Virus record (IMG/VR): IMGVR_UViG_3300050499_000085
Source: a virus
DNA: 46,359 bases
Direction: 5' to 3' (one strand)
Shown here: in pieces, positions 1 to 7,512 of the stretch
Position numbering within the stretch: the stretch's first letter is position 1
Layout: each line of letters opens with the position of its first letter
Translations under genes and position numbers: made by a program
Notes under the pieces: generated by a model
Databases searched by the model: none
Seen by the model: the letters and a program-made list of their open reading frames with translations, nothing else
Told to the model about the DNA's origin: nothing

Positions 1-127
1 ATCTGGCCGACTACCTCACGGGCGTGGTCAAGAATATCGGCGAGCATCCCTTCGTCACCGCCGGGAATCTGATCGGCGCGCAGGTGCGGGTGGTCGATCC
101 GCACTACGAGGCCAAGCGCGGGTCTAC
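1..127. repeat. Terminal direct repeat, left copy (assembly overlap of a circular or permuted genome)
   Basis: Read base by base: 1-127 equals 46233-46359 (offset 46,232). Confidence 0.95.
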
Positions 128-380
128 TGAAGTGTTCCAGAAGCGCGACGTGCTGCAGAAGCGCGCTGGTAAGATTCGCCAGCAGTGGAAGCACATGGAC
201 GAGGAGGACCGCGATGCGGCCACCGCCTCGATCCGCGAGGAGGCGCGCAAGCTGGGCATCCGCCCGCCGATGCTGGGCCCGCCGCGCGCGCCGGGACCGA
301 CCACCAAGCGCGCCATCGAGAACCTGCGCAAGGGCGAGGACAAGGAGCCTGAGCGCGATCCGATCCCCATCACGCAATGA
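1..380 (+). CDS. C-terminal end of the giant internal virion/ejection-type protein (continuation of 42044..46359 across the circular junction)
   Basis: The frame is continuous with the stop-free frame at the window end once the 127-nt overlap is removed. Stop TGA at 378-380. Confidence 0.8.
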   Translation, partial: LADYLTGVVKNIGEHPFVTAGNLIGAQVRVVDPHYEAKRGSTEVFQKRDVLQKRAGKIRQQWKHMDEEDRDAATASIREEARKLGIRPPMLGPPRAPGPTTKRAIENLRKGEDKEPERDPIPITQ

Positions 381-1090
381 ACCTGCCGATGGAAAGCGAA
401 CTGCTCAACTACAACGTGCCCGAAGTGTGCCGCGCGCTGACCGACGCGCGCGGCGACATGATCGTGGCCGCGCGCCTGCTGCGCGTGAAGGTGCGCGACG
501 TGCGCGATGCGATCCAGATGATCCCCGAAGTACAGGGGCATTTCATGGCCGTGCAAAAGGCGGTCGCCGAGCACCCCGACGTGGAGCGCGCCACCTCACA
601 GCAGCTGGACCGGCGCATCCGCCACCTGACCACGGTGTATGCTGCCGACGGGTTGGAGGCGCTGCACGAACTGGCAACGCAGCCGTTCATTCAGGACAGC
701 TACATGATGGACATCAAGTTCAAGGCGGCATCCAAGCTGGTGCAGGCCAAGCCGGTTGACGGGCGCAACGACGACATCGGCCAGCTGATGGTGGCGCTGA
801 ACGAGCAGTACCAGAAGTCCAGCGGTCGCATCACGCATCTGAGCATGCAGCTGGAGCGCATGCAGGGAGGGGGTGAGTCGCTTCATATAGAGGCCACGAG
901 CGAATCTCCTCCCGCCACGCATGAAATAACGCTAGTTCCCTTAGATGCTGTGCCTGAATCCGGTTGTACGCCGGAGCCACTGCCGGAACCGGACGACAGT
1001 GCAGTAGCTCGTAGCAATACACCGATCCCATACGCTGCAGATCACGCAGCTGACCGCGCGACACCGGATAGTCTCGATCCAGAACCTTGA
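377..1090 (+). CDS. Helix-turn-helix-like DNA-binding protein, last gene of the late operon (possible small terminase, speculative)
   Basis: ATGA overlap with the giant gene. N-terminal HTH-like segment NVPEVCRALTDARGDMIVAARLLRVKVRDV. GC-rich third codon positions stop near 870, so the 3' tail (870-1090) looks non-native. Confidence 0.55.
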   Translation: MNLPMESELLNYNVPEVCRALTDARGDMIVAARLLRVKVRDVRDAIQMIPEVQGHFMAVQKAVAEHPDVERATSQQLDRRIRHLTTVYAADGLEALHELATQPFIQDSYMMDIKFKAASKLVQAKPVDGRNDDIGQLMVALNEQYQKSSGRITHLSMQLERMQGGGESLHIEATSESPPATHEITLVPLDAVPESGCTPEPLPEPDDSAVARSNTPIPYAADHAADRATPDSLDPEP

Positions 1091-1793
1091 GCGGCCCGGC
1101 GCTGGGCGCATAGCCCACCATGTCGTAGGCTTCCTGCAGCAGCCCGTTGCTCGGGCGGCGCAGCAGGCGCACCAGCCGGAACGGGCGCGACACCATGCCG
1201 CGCGTGAAGTTGTTGTGATTGTTGTACAGGCGGCTTTGCACCGCCTCGGGCAGTCGCGTGCGCCCCATGACCTCGCGCTGGTTGACGATGATGTAGGCGT
1301 TGGGGTCCAGCCCCAGCGCGCGCACTACCAGCTTGTGCTGATCGGTCAGTCCCTCCTTGAGGCAGGCTTGCATGTCGGCGTAGAGCAGCTGCGCCTGCTC
1401 GGCGGACGGATAGCGAAAGTCCATCTCGCGCTCGATCAGGGCCCACGTCACGGCCGGGCGCGACACCACGATCAGATCGCTGGTGCGCGTGGCCGCGCGC
1501 TTGAAGTCGTGCGGGCTGATCGGGAAGGTGAGCAGCACCACCGCATCACAGCGCAGCGCCGGGTCGCACTCGATCCGCTGCAGCAGCACCCCGCCCTGTT
1601 GATACCACTGCGCCAGCTGCGTCTTGGCGCTGGCCGGGAACTGCGCGATGAACTGCGGCAGTCCCTTCAGCGTCTGGTAGTCGAACAGCGCGTAGCTCGC
1701 CGTGTCGTTGTGGCAGTTGACCCACACCCGCCCGAAGTCGCGGTACAAACCGGCAATGGTGCCCAGCGTGTCCTGGGTGGCAAACTTGCGCAC
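831..1793 (-). CDS. Hypothetical protein, 320 aa (accessory/moron-like), family not recognised
   Basis: GTG start with GGAGG 9 nt upstream. High GC3 from 1793 down to about 1095. The last ~260 nt overlap the convergent gene 377..1090. Confidence 0.6.
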   Translation of the reverse strand: MRKFATQDTLGTIAGLYRDFGRVWVNCHNDTASYALFDYQTLKGLPQFIAQFPASAKTQLAQWYQQGGVLLQRIECDPALRCDAVVLLTFPISPHDFKRAATRTSDLIVVSRPAVTWALIEREMDFRYPSAEQAQLLYADMQACLKEGLTDQHKLVVRALGLDPNAYIIVNQREVMGRTRLPEAVQSRLYNNHNNFTRGMVSRPFRLVRLLRRPSNGLLQEAYDMVGYAPSAGPLKVLDRDYPVSRGQLRDLQRMGSVYCYELLHCRPVPAVAPAYNRIQAQHLRELALFHAWREEIRSWPLYEATHPLPACAPAACSDA

Positions 1794-1818
1794 GCTCTAA
1801 CGCCTCCGGGGGGACGTG

Positions 1819-1995
1819 ATGAAAGCCGTAATCCTAGCTGCGCTGCTCGCCTGCGGCTGCAGCAACACGCCGCTCGCCAAGCGCGCGTGGCATGAGTTGA
1901 CCGACGATGCGGCCCCTTCGTGTACCTGCGCGATTGTGATCTTGGACGGGGAGGGCAAGGTGCTCAAGGAAAAACCGCCGCGCGCGGGGGAATGA
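1819..1995 (+). CDS. Small lipoprotein, 58 aa (lipobox LLAC|GCSN)
   Basis: Not in the ORF track (<60 aa). ATG 1819, product MKAVILAALLACGCSN..., stop TGA 1993-1995. Divergent from the 320-aa gene. Confidence 0.5.
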   Translation: MKAVILAALLACGCSNTPLAKRAWHELTDDAAPSCTCAIVILDGEGKVLKEKPPRAGE

Positions 1996-2008
1996 CGGCG
2001 CGCGGCGG
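1970..2008 (-). terminator. Rho-independent terminator of the leftward early operon
   Basis: 11-bp GC stem CCGCCGCGCGC (1975-1985) / GCGCGCGGCGG (1998-2008), followed on the minus strand by TTTTT (1970-1974). Lies 7 nt after the stop at 2015. Confidence 0.6.
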
Positions 2009-2014
2009 GTGCGG

Positions 2015-2449
2015 CTAGTGCGTGCGGCGCTTGACGACGAACCCTGCCACCATCAGGCCAGCGGCCAGCGTCATCCACGTCTGCGGCTCAGGTACGGGCG
2101 TCAGGAAGGCGCGTGTGCTACCGACGGCGCTGACTCGCTGAGTGAATTGAAAGAACCACATCTCCTCGCTCACGCTGATCCGCGCACGCCCAGCTGGCGG
2201 CGTGACAAATTCCAGTACGAACAGGTCGTCCGGCCACGATCCCTCTCGGATATTGACCTGCTGCGTCGTCACCCCGCTGCCGCTCATGACAAGGTATTGC
2301 GATCTGGGCGGTGGCGACGGGCGGGAGTAGGGCAGGATGTAGACCTCGAAAGACGTGTTGGTGAGGTTGTTCACGGTCAAAACAGCGGCATGGGCAGCGT
2401 GGCCCAGCAACAGCGCCGGGATCAGCAAAAGCCCTAACTTGGTTTTCAT
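2015..2449 (-). CDS. Secreted PEP-CTERM domain protein, 144 aa
   Basis: N-terminal signal peptide MKTKLGLLLIPALLLGHAAHA. C-terminus VPEPQTWMTLAAGLMVAGFVVKRRTH = PEP motif + TM helix + basic cluster. AAAGGGA RBS. Confidence 0.8.
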   Translation of the reverse strand: MKTKLGLLLIPALLLGHAAHAAVLTVNNLTNTSFEVYILPYSRPSPPPRSQYLVMSGSGVTTQQVNIREGSWPDDLFVLEFVTPPAGRARISVSEEMWFFQFTQRVSAVGSTRAFLTPVPEPQTWMTLAAGLMVAGFVVKRRTH

Positions 2450-2477
2450 TGTTATGTTCCCTTTTGGTTGGTACTTC

Positions 2478-2993
2478 TCACTTCGGACTACGGACCCTTC
2501 TTACAACAACTCCGGTCAACACGAGGCCCAGCGCCAGCATGGCCCACGTCTGCGGCTCGGGGATGGCGTAGATAGAGGCCGTGTAGGAAAAGCGCCTCGG
2601 CGACTCGCCCCGGAACTCTCTGGTCGCGGCCGGGCCCCAAATCAATCCGGCGTTGGTGTCCCAGCGCAATTTAGGGTTGTCTGGCAGGGTGAGTTGCGCG
2701 ATCAGTACCGGAAGGGCGAGCGGGATCACCGAGTTGTCGGCAGCCACATCGAAGCGGATGACCTGACCCTGGAAGGCTTCGAAGTCGAACTCCTCGGCGG
2801 GCTCGGCGATGCCAACGTGCCCGGCGCGAATGAATCCGGTGAGCGGGTGGCTGCGTGTGAGCAGATCGAAGCGATCACTGCCCACATGCAGGGCATAGAC
2901 ATCCACCGCGCGGTCGATGCGTGCGTGGACGATGATCGCGCTGGCTTGTCCGGCGAACAGCGCCAGCGCGAGGGCGACAAGTATCTTCTTCAT
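2478..2993 (-). CDS. Secreted PEP-CTERM domain protein, 171 aa
   Basis: Signal peptide MKKILVALALALFAGQASA. C-terminus IPEPQTWAMLALGLVLTGVVVRRVRSPK. ATGA start/stop overlap with the upstream RuvC-like gene. Confidence 0.8.
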   Translation of the reverse strand: MKKILVALALALFAGQASAIIVHARIDRAVDVYALHVGSDRFDLLTRSHPLTGFIRAGHVGIAEPAEEFDFEAFQGQVIRFDVAADNSVIPLALPVLIAQLTLPDNPKLRWDTNAGLIWGPAATREFRGESPRRFSYTASIYAIPEPQTWAMLALGLVLTGVVVRRVRSPK

Positions 2994-3457
2994 GGTAGTA
3001 CCTCCATTGGTTGCGGTATCGGATTGACTAGCTCTGCATAGGTCACTGCAAGCGCGAGCGCCTGCCACTCTCCTCCTTTCAGTCCGTGAGTCAGGCCGGG
3101 ATTTTTCTTGGTGCCCGGTGCACCGAAGCGGTCGATCAGGGCTTGACGGATGTTGCTGTCCTTGGCGCGCGTGTCGTGGCAAACGTGCTGCTTGACCGTG
3201 ATGCGCTTGACGCGCGTAGCCTTGCCGTGCGCCTCGGCAAAGCGCCCGCTCCAGAACACCGTTTCGAACACGTCTTCACCCACTGCCATGCCGTAGCTGG
3301 CAACCTGCTCGATCACCAGCCTCGTGCGGGGGTTCGTGCGCAGGTAGCGCAACAGCTGCTCGTTGTTTTCGGTGTTGGCGTCGATGCTGCCGCTGTCCGT
3401 GTCGTAGACCACCGAACTGCTGACCACCGGCCCCGGATCGATCGCGATGATTTTCAT
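2990..3457 (-). CDS. RuvC-like Holliday junction resolvase
   Basis: N-terminal MKIIAIDPG catalytic-Asp motif, VIEQV acidic motif, RuvC-like C-terminal helix. Sits in the recombination module. Confidence 0.65.
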   Translation of the reverse strand: MKIIAIDPGPVVSSSVVYDTDSGSIDANTENNEQLLRYLRTNPRTRLVIEQVASYGMAVGEDVFETVFWSGRFAEAHGKATRVKRITVKQHVCHDTRAKDSNIRQALIDRFGAPGTKKNPGLTHGLKGGEWQALALAVTYAELVNPIPQPMEVLP

Positions 3458-4620
3458 CCATCCTCTCCCATCTGTCGGCTGTTGCGCGCTGCTGCCTCCT
3501 GCACCATCGAGATCGGGTCGCGCGACTTGAGGCGCGGCTTGCCGTTGGGCAGCAGGCGCTCGGGCTCAGGCTCAGGCTCGGGCTCGGGCTTGGGCTTGGG
3601 CTCGGGCTCCGGTGGGTGCGGTGGCTGCGGTTCGGGCTCCGGCTCCGGCGGCGGCTCGGTCGGGGGGTCTGCCTGTTCCGCAACGATCCGCATGAAGTGC
3701 TCCTTCATGCCGTTCTTGATTGGATCGAGCGGCATGTGCAGGTGCTTGGGCATTGCCATCCAGACCTCGGCCAGTTCGGTCAGATCGCGGCTTGCTTCCA
3801 GCGCCGTCTTCCACTTGCGCTGCTCGGGCGTGAATGGCACGGGCATAACCTCCTGTCTTTGCGCGATCACGTCGCGCAGGTGCTCTTTCTCCTCCGCGTT
3901 GCCCTCGGCCCACTGCGCCAGCCGATGCCCAAGCTGCTCATCCAGTTGCACGCCATCCTTGATGAACTGCTCGAAAGGCGTGCGCAGTCCGTGCGACTGC
4001 GCGCTGAAGTCCGGGCGGCCCTGCGATCCCTCGGGCAGCACCAGCAGGAAGCTCATCTCGTACTCGAAACGATCCGTGATGATCGGCGTCCAGCCAAGTT
4101 GCGTAGGTTCCTCGCCCTTGACGATCTTGATCTTGTCCTTCGCCCTGAAGCAAAAAATAAAGTGCACCGGCAGTTGCAGCATGGTGTTGACGAACAGGTT
4201 GACCTGATGCTTGGGCTCGATCCACGCCGAAAACGTCAAGCGTTCCCGCTTCTTGTAATCATCTCCTGCGCGCTTGTCTAGCTCGCGGTCGTGCATCTCC
4301 AGCACGCCGCCCGGCCCCTCGTGCATGTGGGAGGCGCTGTCCACGATGATGACAGCGGGCTCAAGCAGCATCGCCTGCTGCACGGCCTCGGTGTAGCGGG
4401 CAGGGGAGAAGGGCGCGGTCAGATCGCCGTGCAGATACTTGAAGCGGTCGGCGTACTGCAGGCCACGGCGGGCCTCGGTGTCGATCAGGACAATGGGCTT
4501 GCCCTGCGCGAGTCCAGCCGCAATGCGCAGCGCCGAGTAGGTCTTGCCGGAGCGCGACGGCCCGGCGATGCCCACCATGAGCGGGGTCTGGTTTCTGATT
4601 GCGGGTCTGAACGAGATCAT
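3454..4620 (-). CDS. Sak4-like / AAA_24-type RecA-fold ATPase with a C-terminal extension and Pro-Glu/Pro-Lys linker, 388 aa
   Basis: Walker A GIAGPSRSGKT, Walker B-like AVIIVDS. Start ATG 4620 with GGAGG RBS and ATGA overlap. The longer track ORF (to 5058) overlaps the nuclease gene. Confidence 0.8.
   Translation of the reverse strand: MISFRPAIRNQTPLMVGIAGPSRSGKTYSALRIAAGLAQGKPIVLIDTEARRGLQYADRFKYLHGDLTAPFSPARYTEAVQQAMLLEPAVIIVDSASHMHEGPGGVLEMHDRELDKRAGDDYKKRERLTFSAWIEPKHQVNLFVNTMLQLPVHFIFCFRAKDKIKIVKGEEPTQLGWTPIITDRFEYEMSFLLVLPEGSQGRPDFSAQSHGLRTPFEQFIKDGVQLDEQLGHRLAQWAEGNAEEKEHLRDVIAQRQEVMPVPFTPEQRKWKTALEASRDLTELAEVWMAMPKHLHMPLDPIKNGMKEHFMRIVAEQADPPTEPPPEPEPEPQPPHPPEPEPKPKPEPEPEPEPERLLPNGKPRLKSRDPISMVQEAAARNSRQMGEDG
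3562..3660. repeat. Hexanucleotide (GGGCTC-type) tandem array encoding a PEPEPE/PKPK linker
   Basis: 8 near-perfect GGGCTC/AGGCTC/GGGCTT units at 3562-3609, then degenerate units. Minus-strand translation is PPEPEPEPQPPHPPEPEPKPKPEPEPEPEPE. Confidence 0.85.
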
Positions 4621-5540
4621 GCTTGCACTCCTCCGCCGTACTGGCTCCAGTCGATCATGGCCGTTTGCGCCTCTTCGAACCGCGTGTGTTCGTAGCTGGG
4701 CGCGTCTACCCATGCGATGCGCTGCGGGTAGGCGGGCCAGTGGTCGTTGTAAATGCCATCGCGCCACATGGCGAGCGCCATGTCCACCTTGTCGCTGCCC
4801 AGCCGCATGAAGTCGGGCTTGAGCGCGATGATCGACAGCAGGTAGGGCGGGGCGCTCTCCTGCACCACGAACAGGTAGCGCGGCTCCTCGCCCGTGAGGG
4901 TCTGGTAGCCCCGGCAGTAGAATGCGGCGTCCACGTCCCAGCCCATGCTCGCCACTTGCCGCTGCAGGTACAGCGGATTGGCGCTGCCGCTGGTGGTCTT
5001 GTAGTTCACCAGGATGTGCTGGTCGGTGTCGGCCAAGTCCGCACGCGCCCGGCAGCATACCGGCCCCTCAGCCTCCTGCCACAGCATGGTCAACTCGGCA
5101 TGCTCGTGGCCGTTGGGTCGCCACTCGGCGCGCGCCAGCTGCGCACGCGCTGCCTCCACCATCGCCTGCGCGGTCACGTACTTGTCGGCGAGGATCGCCA
5201 CCTGTCCGTTGTTGGCTGCGTCCGCGCGTATCTGCTGCGCCTCTTTCGAGCGCCAGTCGTTGGCCTCGACCACGACGATGCGCCCCACACGCAGAGGCTC
5301 CAGCAGCATCGAATGCACCGCCGTACCGAAGTCGGTGCGGTTCTGCTCGGCGCTGTCCAGCTTGGGCGCGGTGTAGTTGGGGTTCAGGCGCGGATGCTGG
5401 TGCCATGCGTGATAGGGCGACTGCGTGAGCATCGTGCAGGCGAGCCCGTGCGAGAGCGTCGGCCCTTGCATCAGATCGTCGGCGTGGTAGCGGTCCTCGC
5501 GCACGCTCGGGTGCATCCCTATTCCAAGATCATCCCTCAT
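4617..5540 (-). CDS. PD-(D/E)XK (Cas4/DUF3799-like) recombination exonuclease, 307 aa
   Basis: RADLAD...ILVNYKTT...YLQRQ...Y motif layout. GGAGG RBS before ATG 5540. ATGA overlaps on both sides. Confidence 0.65.
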   Translation of the reverse strand: MRDDLGIGMHPSVREDRYHADDLMQGPTLSHGLACTMLTQSPYHAWHQHPRLNPNYTAPKLDSAEQNRTDFGTAVHSMLLEPLRVGRIVVVEANDWRSKEAQQIRADAANNGQVAILADKYVTAQAMVEAARAQLARAEWRPNGHEHAELTMLWQEAEGPVCCRARADLADTDQHILVNYKTTSGSANPLYLQRQVASMGWDVDAAFYCRGYQTLTGEEPRYLFVVQESAPPYLLSIIALKPDFMRLGSDKVDMALAMWRDGIYNDHWPAYPQRIAWVDAPSYEHTRFEEAQTAMIDWSQYGGGVQA

Positions 5541-5932
5541 TGTTTGGTTCCTCCCATGACATCGTTGATCCACTGCGCAATCAGACGCGCGGCGTCTTCT
5601 GCGCTCAGGTCGAACTTCAAGCGGAAGTTCTGCACATAGTCGTACAGCAGGCGCACGTCTTCGCCGCCGAGATAGCGGCGCATGGCGGGCGTCAGATCGC
5701 GCTCGGGGTAGGCGTGCATGCTCATCATGATTGGGTGGCCCTCCTTCGGATGCCAGAAAAATGCTGCGCAGTTCTCGCGGTTGCTCTCCACGAGAGAGGT
5801 AATGGTGCCGCGCGGATAGCGGTCCACCAGCGTGCCCAAGTCCTGCAGCACGCGGGCGGTCGGGCCGCGCACGAGATAGGTCACACCGCCCGATGCGGTG
5901 CGCCGCTCGATCTTTGCCGTGCTCACGATCAT
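5537..5932 (-). CDS. Hypothetical protein, 131 aa
   Basis: ATG 5932 with GGAGG RBS. ATGA overlaps with both neighbours. Confidence 0.6.
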   Translation of the reverse strand: MIVSTAKIERRTASGGVTYLVRGPTARVLQDLGTLVDRYPRGTITSLVESNRENCAAFFWHPKEGHPIMMSMHAYPERDLTPAMRRYLGGEDVRLLYDYVQNFRLKFDLSAEDAARLIAQWINDVMGGTKQ

Positions 5933-6204
5933 TCTGTTTCCTCCTCCGCGCTGTACGCGGGCCAGTAGATGATGCGGTTGCGGCCCATCGCGTCTTCTTG
6001 CGCTAGCTCCAGCACTTCGCACACTTCCAGCATGTCGATGCCTCTGGTGAAGGCTTCCAGCACCAGCTTGCCCGCGAAGTTCATCGCGCTGGGCACGGTC
6101 ACTGCCACACAGAATTTGCCAAACATGCCGCGCCCGCTGTAGCTGCGCGCGTTGTAGCCAGTGCCATCGATCAGTTCGATCAGTTGCTCGGATGTCATGG
6201 TCAT
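5929..6204 (-). CDS. Hypothetical protein, 91 aa
   Basis: AAGGGAG RBS. Stop overlaps the next start. Confidence 0.6.
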   Translation of the reverse strand: MTMTSEQLIELIDGTGYNARSYSGRGMFGKFCVAVTVPSAMNFAGKLVLEAFTRGIDMLEVCEVLELAQEDAMGRNRIIYWPAYSAEEETE

Positions 6205-6216
6205 GCTCCCTTTTGG

Positions 6217-6318
6217 TTAAACTACAATGAACACTGCCAGCAAGATCAATACCAGCAGCATGCCGACGTAGAATCCCGGCGTGTCGTGCTTGGCACGCGG
6301 AATGCGTGGTGCCCTCAT
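6217..6318 (-). CDS. Small membrane peptide, 33 aa (MRAPRIPRAKHDTPGFYVGMLLVLILLAVFIVV)
   Basis: Not in the track. ATGA overlap with the stop of the upstream gene at 6315. Basic N-terminus plus one TM helix. Confidence 0.4.
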   Translation of the reverse strand: MRAPRIPRAKHDTPGFYVGMLLVLILLAVFIVV

Positions 6319-6563
6319 GCGTCACCCCCGCTGACGCTGGGCGTCACCTCGATGCGCTTGCAGTCGTAAAGATATTCGTCTAGCGTCTGCCGACAGACTC
6401 GGATTCGGTCGCCGGTTGTCACGCGACAGTAGGTTTCGCCGTGCCAGCGCGAGCACCTTACGTTTGGCGTCTCGCGCGTGTGCTGTCCGATGATGAACAG
6501 CACGATCACGATCAGCACAAGGCCCAGCGGCAGATAGATGGTGGAGACAGCCTCCTCGCTCAT
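6315..6563 (-). CDS. Membrane protein, 82 aa, N-terminal TM helix and Cys-rich C-terminus
   Basis: ATG 6563 in ATGA overlap. LPLGLVLIVIVLFIIG helix. Confidence 0.55.
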   Translation of the reverse strand: MSEEAVSTIYLPLGLVLIVIVLFIIGQHTRETPNVRCSRWHGETYCRVTTGDRIRVCRQTLDEYLYDCKRIEVTPSVSGGDA

Positions 6564-6865
6564 GATTGCGGCTCCTGTTTGTTGATGACCGAATGCTTGC
6601 TCGCGTCGTCGCACGTTGCGAACTTGCGACCGCGCGTGTCCAGGCGAAACGACTGCGCAACGCAGTGCTGTTCTGCCGGGGGCTTGCGCGCCGCGACGTG
6701 CGCAACTTGTGCTAGTACTGCAACACACAGGGTCACCGCCAGCACTTGCGCGCAGCGGCGGATCAGGTGCTCGTTCAAGTCCAGCGCAATCCAGTCGGCG
6801 CTCTTGTCGCGATAGCCGCGCGTGAAGATGCGCCTTGTGATGCGCGTGTCGTAGGGTGTGCTCAT
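6560..6865 (-). CDS. Membrane-associated hypothetical protein, 101 aa
   Basis: Central hydrophobic helix VLAVTLCVAVLAQVAHVAA. Translationally coupled to the next gene. Confidence 0.55.
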   Translation of the reverse strand: MSTPYDTRITRRIFTRGYRDKSADWIALDLNEHLIRRCAQVLAVTLCVAVLAQVAHVAARKPPAEQHCVAQSFRLDTRGRKFATCDDASKHSVINKQEPQS

Positions 6866-6880
6866 GCTTTCTCCTCGGGT

Positions 6881-7240
6881 TTACCTGCGCAATAAACGGG
6901 CCGCTACTTCCAGCAGCAGCGCGGCAATCTGCTTGTCGTCGTTTGCGTGGCGCGCTAGATTGATGACGCGCGCTCTCTTTGCGGGCCGCTCTGGAATTGC
7001 GGCCAGCGGGAACTCGGTCGGCTCGGGCTCTGCCTCCTCGCCTTTCAAGGTTTCCAGTTCTAGAACTTTGCGCCAAGGCCAGTAGTTCTTCTCGCTCATG
7101 TTCAGGCCGAGGGTGGTAATCGCCGCTTTCACGGATGCCTTGGGGTGCGCCGCGCGGTACTGGTTTACCTTGCGCGCCATTTCCATGCGCTCGTGCAGCG
7201 GTTTGCGCACTCTTGCTGCGGTGCCTTTATTCCTTGCCAT
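6881..7240 (-). CDS. Hypothetical basic protein, 119 aa, possible DNA-binding
   Basis: Track ORF. HTH-like ASVKAAITTLGLNMSEKNYW. Fits the operon. Confidence 0.55.
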   Translation of the reverse strand: MARNKGTAARVRKPLHERMEMARKVNQYRAAHPKASVKAAITTLGLNMSEKNYWPWRKVLELETLKGEEAEPEPTEFPLAAIPERPAKRARVINLARHANDDKQIAALLLEVAARLLRR

Positions 7241-7496
7241 CGTTCTCTCTCTTGATTTGGTGGAATTGGACCGAGGTCGGCGTGCGCGTGTACTGACCGA
7301 TCAGGCGCGCCGTGCGAATGTCGATGACTTCGATGGTGGTTCCAGGCTTCGCCCAGCGCGCCTCAAGCAATGCGCCCAAATGCGCGTTGCGTGGATACTT
7401 GTACCAACGCCAGCGCAACAGTTCCTCCGCCTTGGCATCCCACAATCGGAACGGCCGCGCGCTGTCTTCGCCATCGTCAATCTGCGGATATTTCAT
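7227..7496 (-). CDS. Hypothetical protein, 89 aa
   Basis: GGGAGGG RBS before ATG 7496. Confidence 0.6.
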   Translation of the reverse strand: MKYPQIDDGEDSARPFRLWDAKAEELLRWRWYKYPRNAHLGALLEARWAKPGTTIEVIDIRTARLIGQYTRTPTSVQFHQIKRENDGKE

Positions 7497-7512
7497 GTGC
7501 CCTCCCTAGTTG

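Noticed and set aside
831-1793. Reverse transcriptase / diversity-generating retroelement, or integrase, as the identity of the 320-aa protein.
   Set aside because: There is no YxDD-type RT motif and no R..HxxR..Y integrase signature. I saw no template/variable repeat pair anywhere in the tail-fibre region.
2009-3041. Plus-strand ORFs 2009-2437 and 2355-3041 opposite the PEP-CTERM genes.
   Set aside because: They are shadow ORFs. The minus-strand products have coherent signal peptide plus PEP-CTERM architecture and RBS/coupling signals.
3454-5058. 534-aa version of the ATPase ORF.
   Set aside because: The extra 146 N-terminal codons overlap the nuclease gene out of frame and are Arg/Gly/Ala-rich. 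ATG 4620 has a GGAGG RBS and an ATGA coupling.
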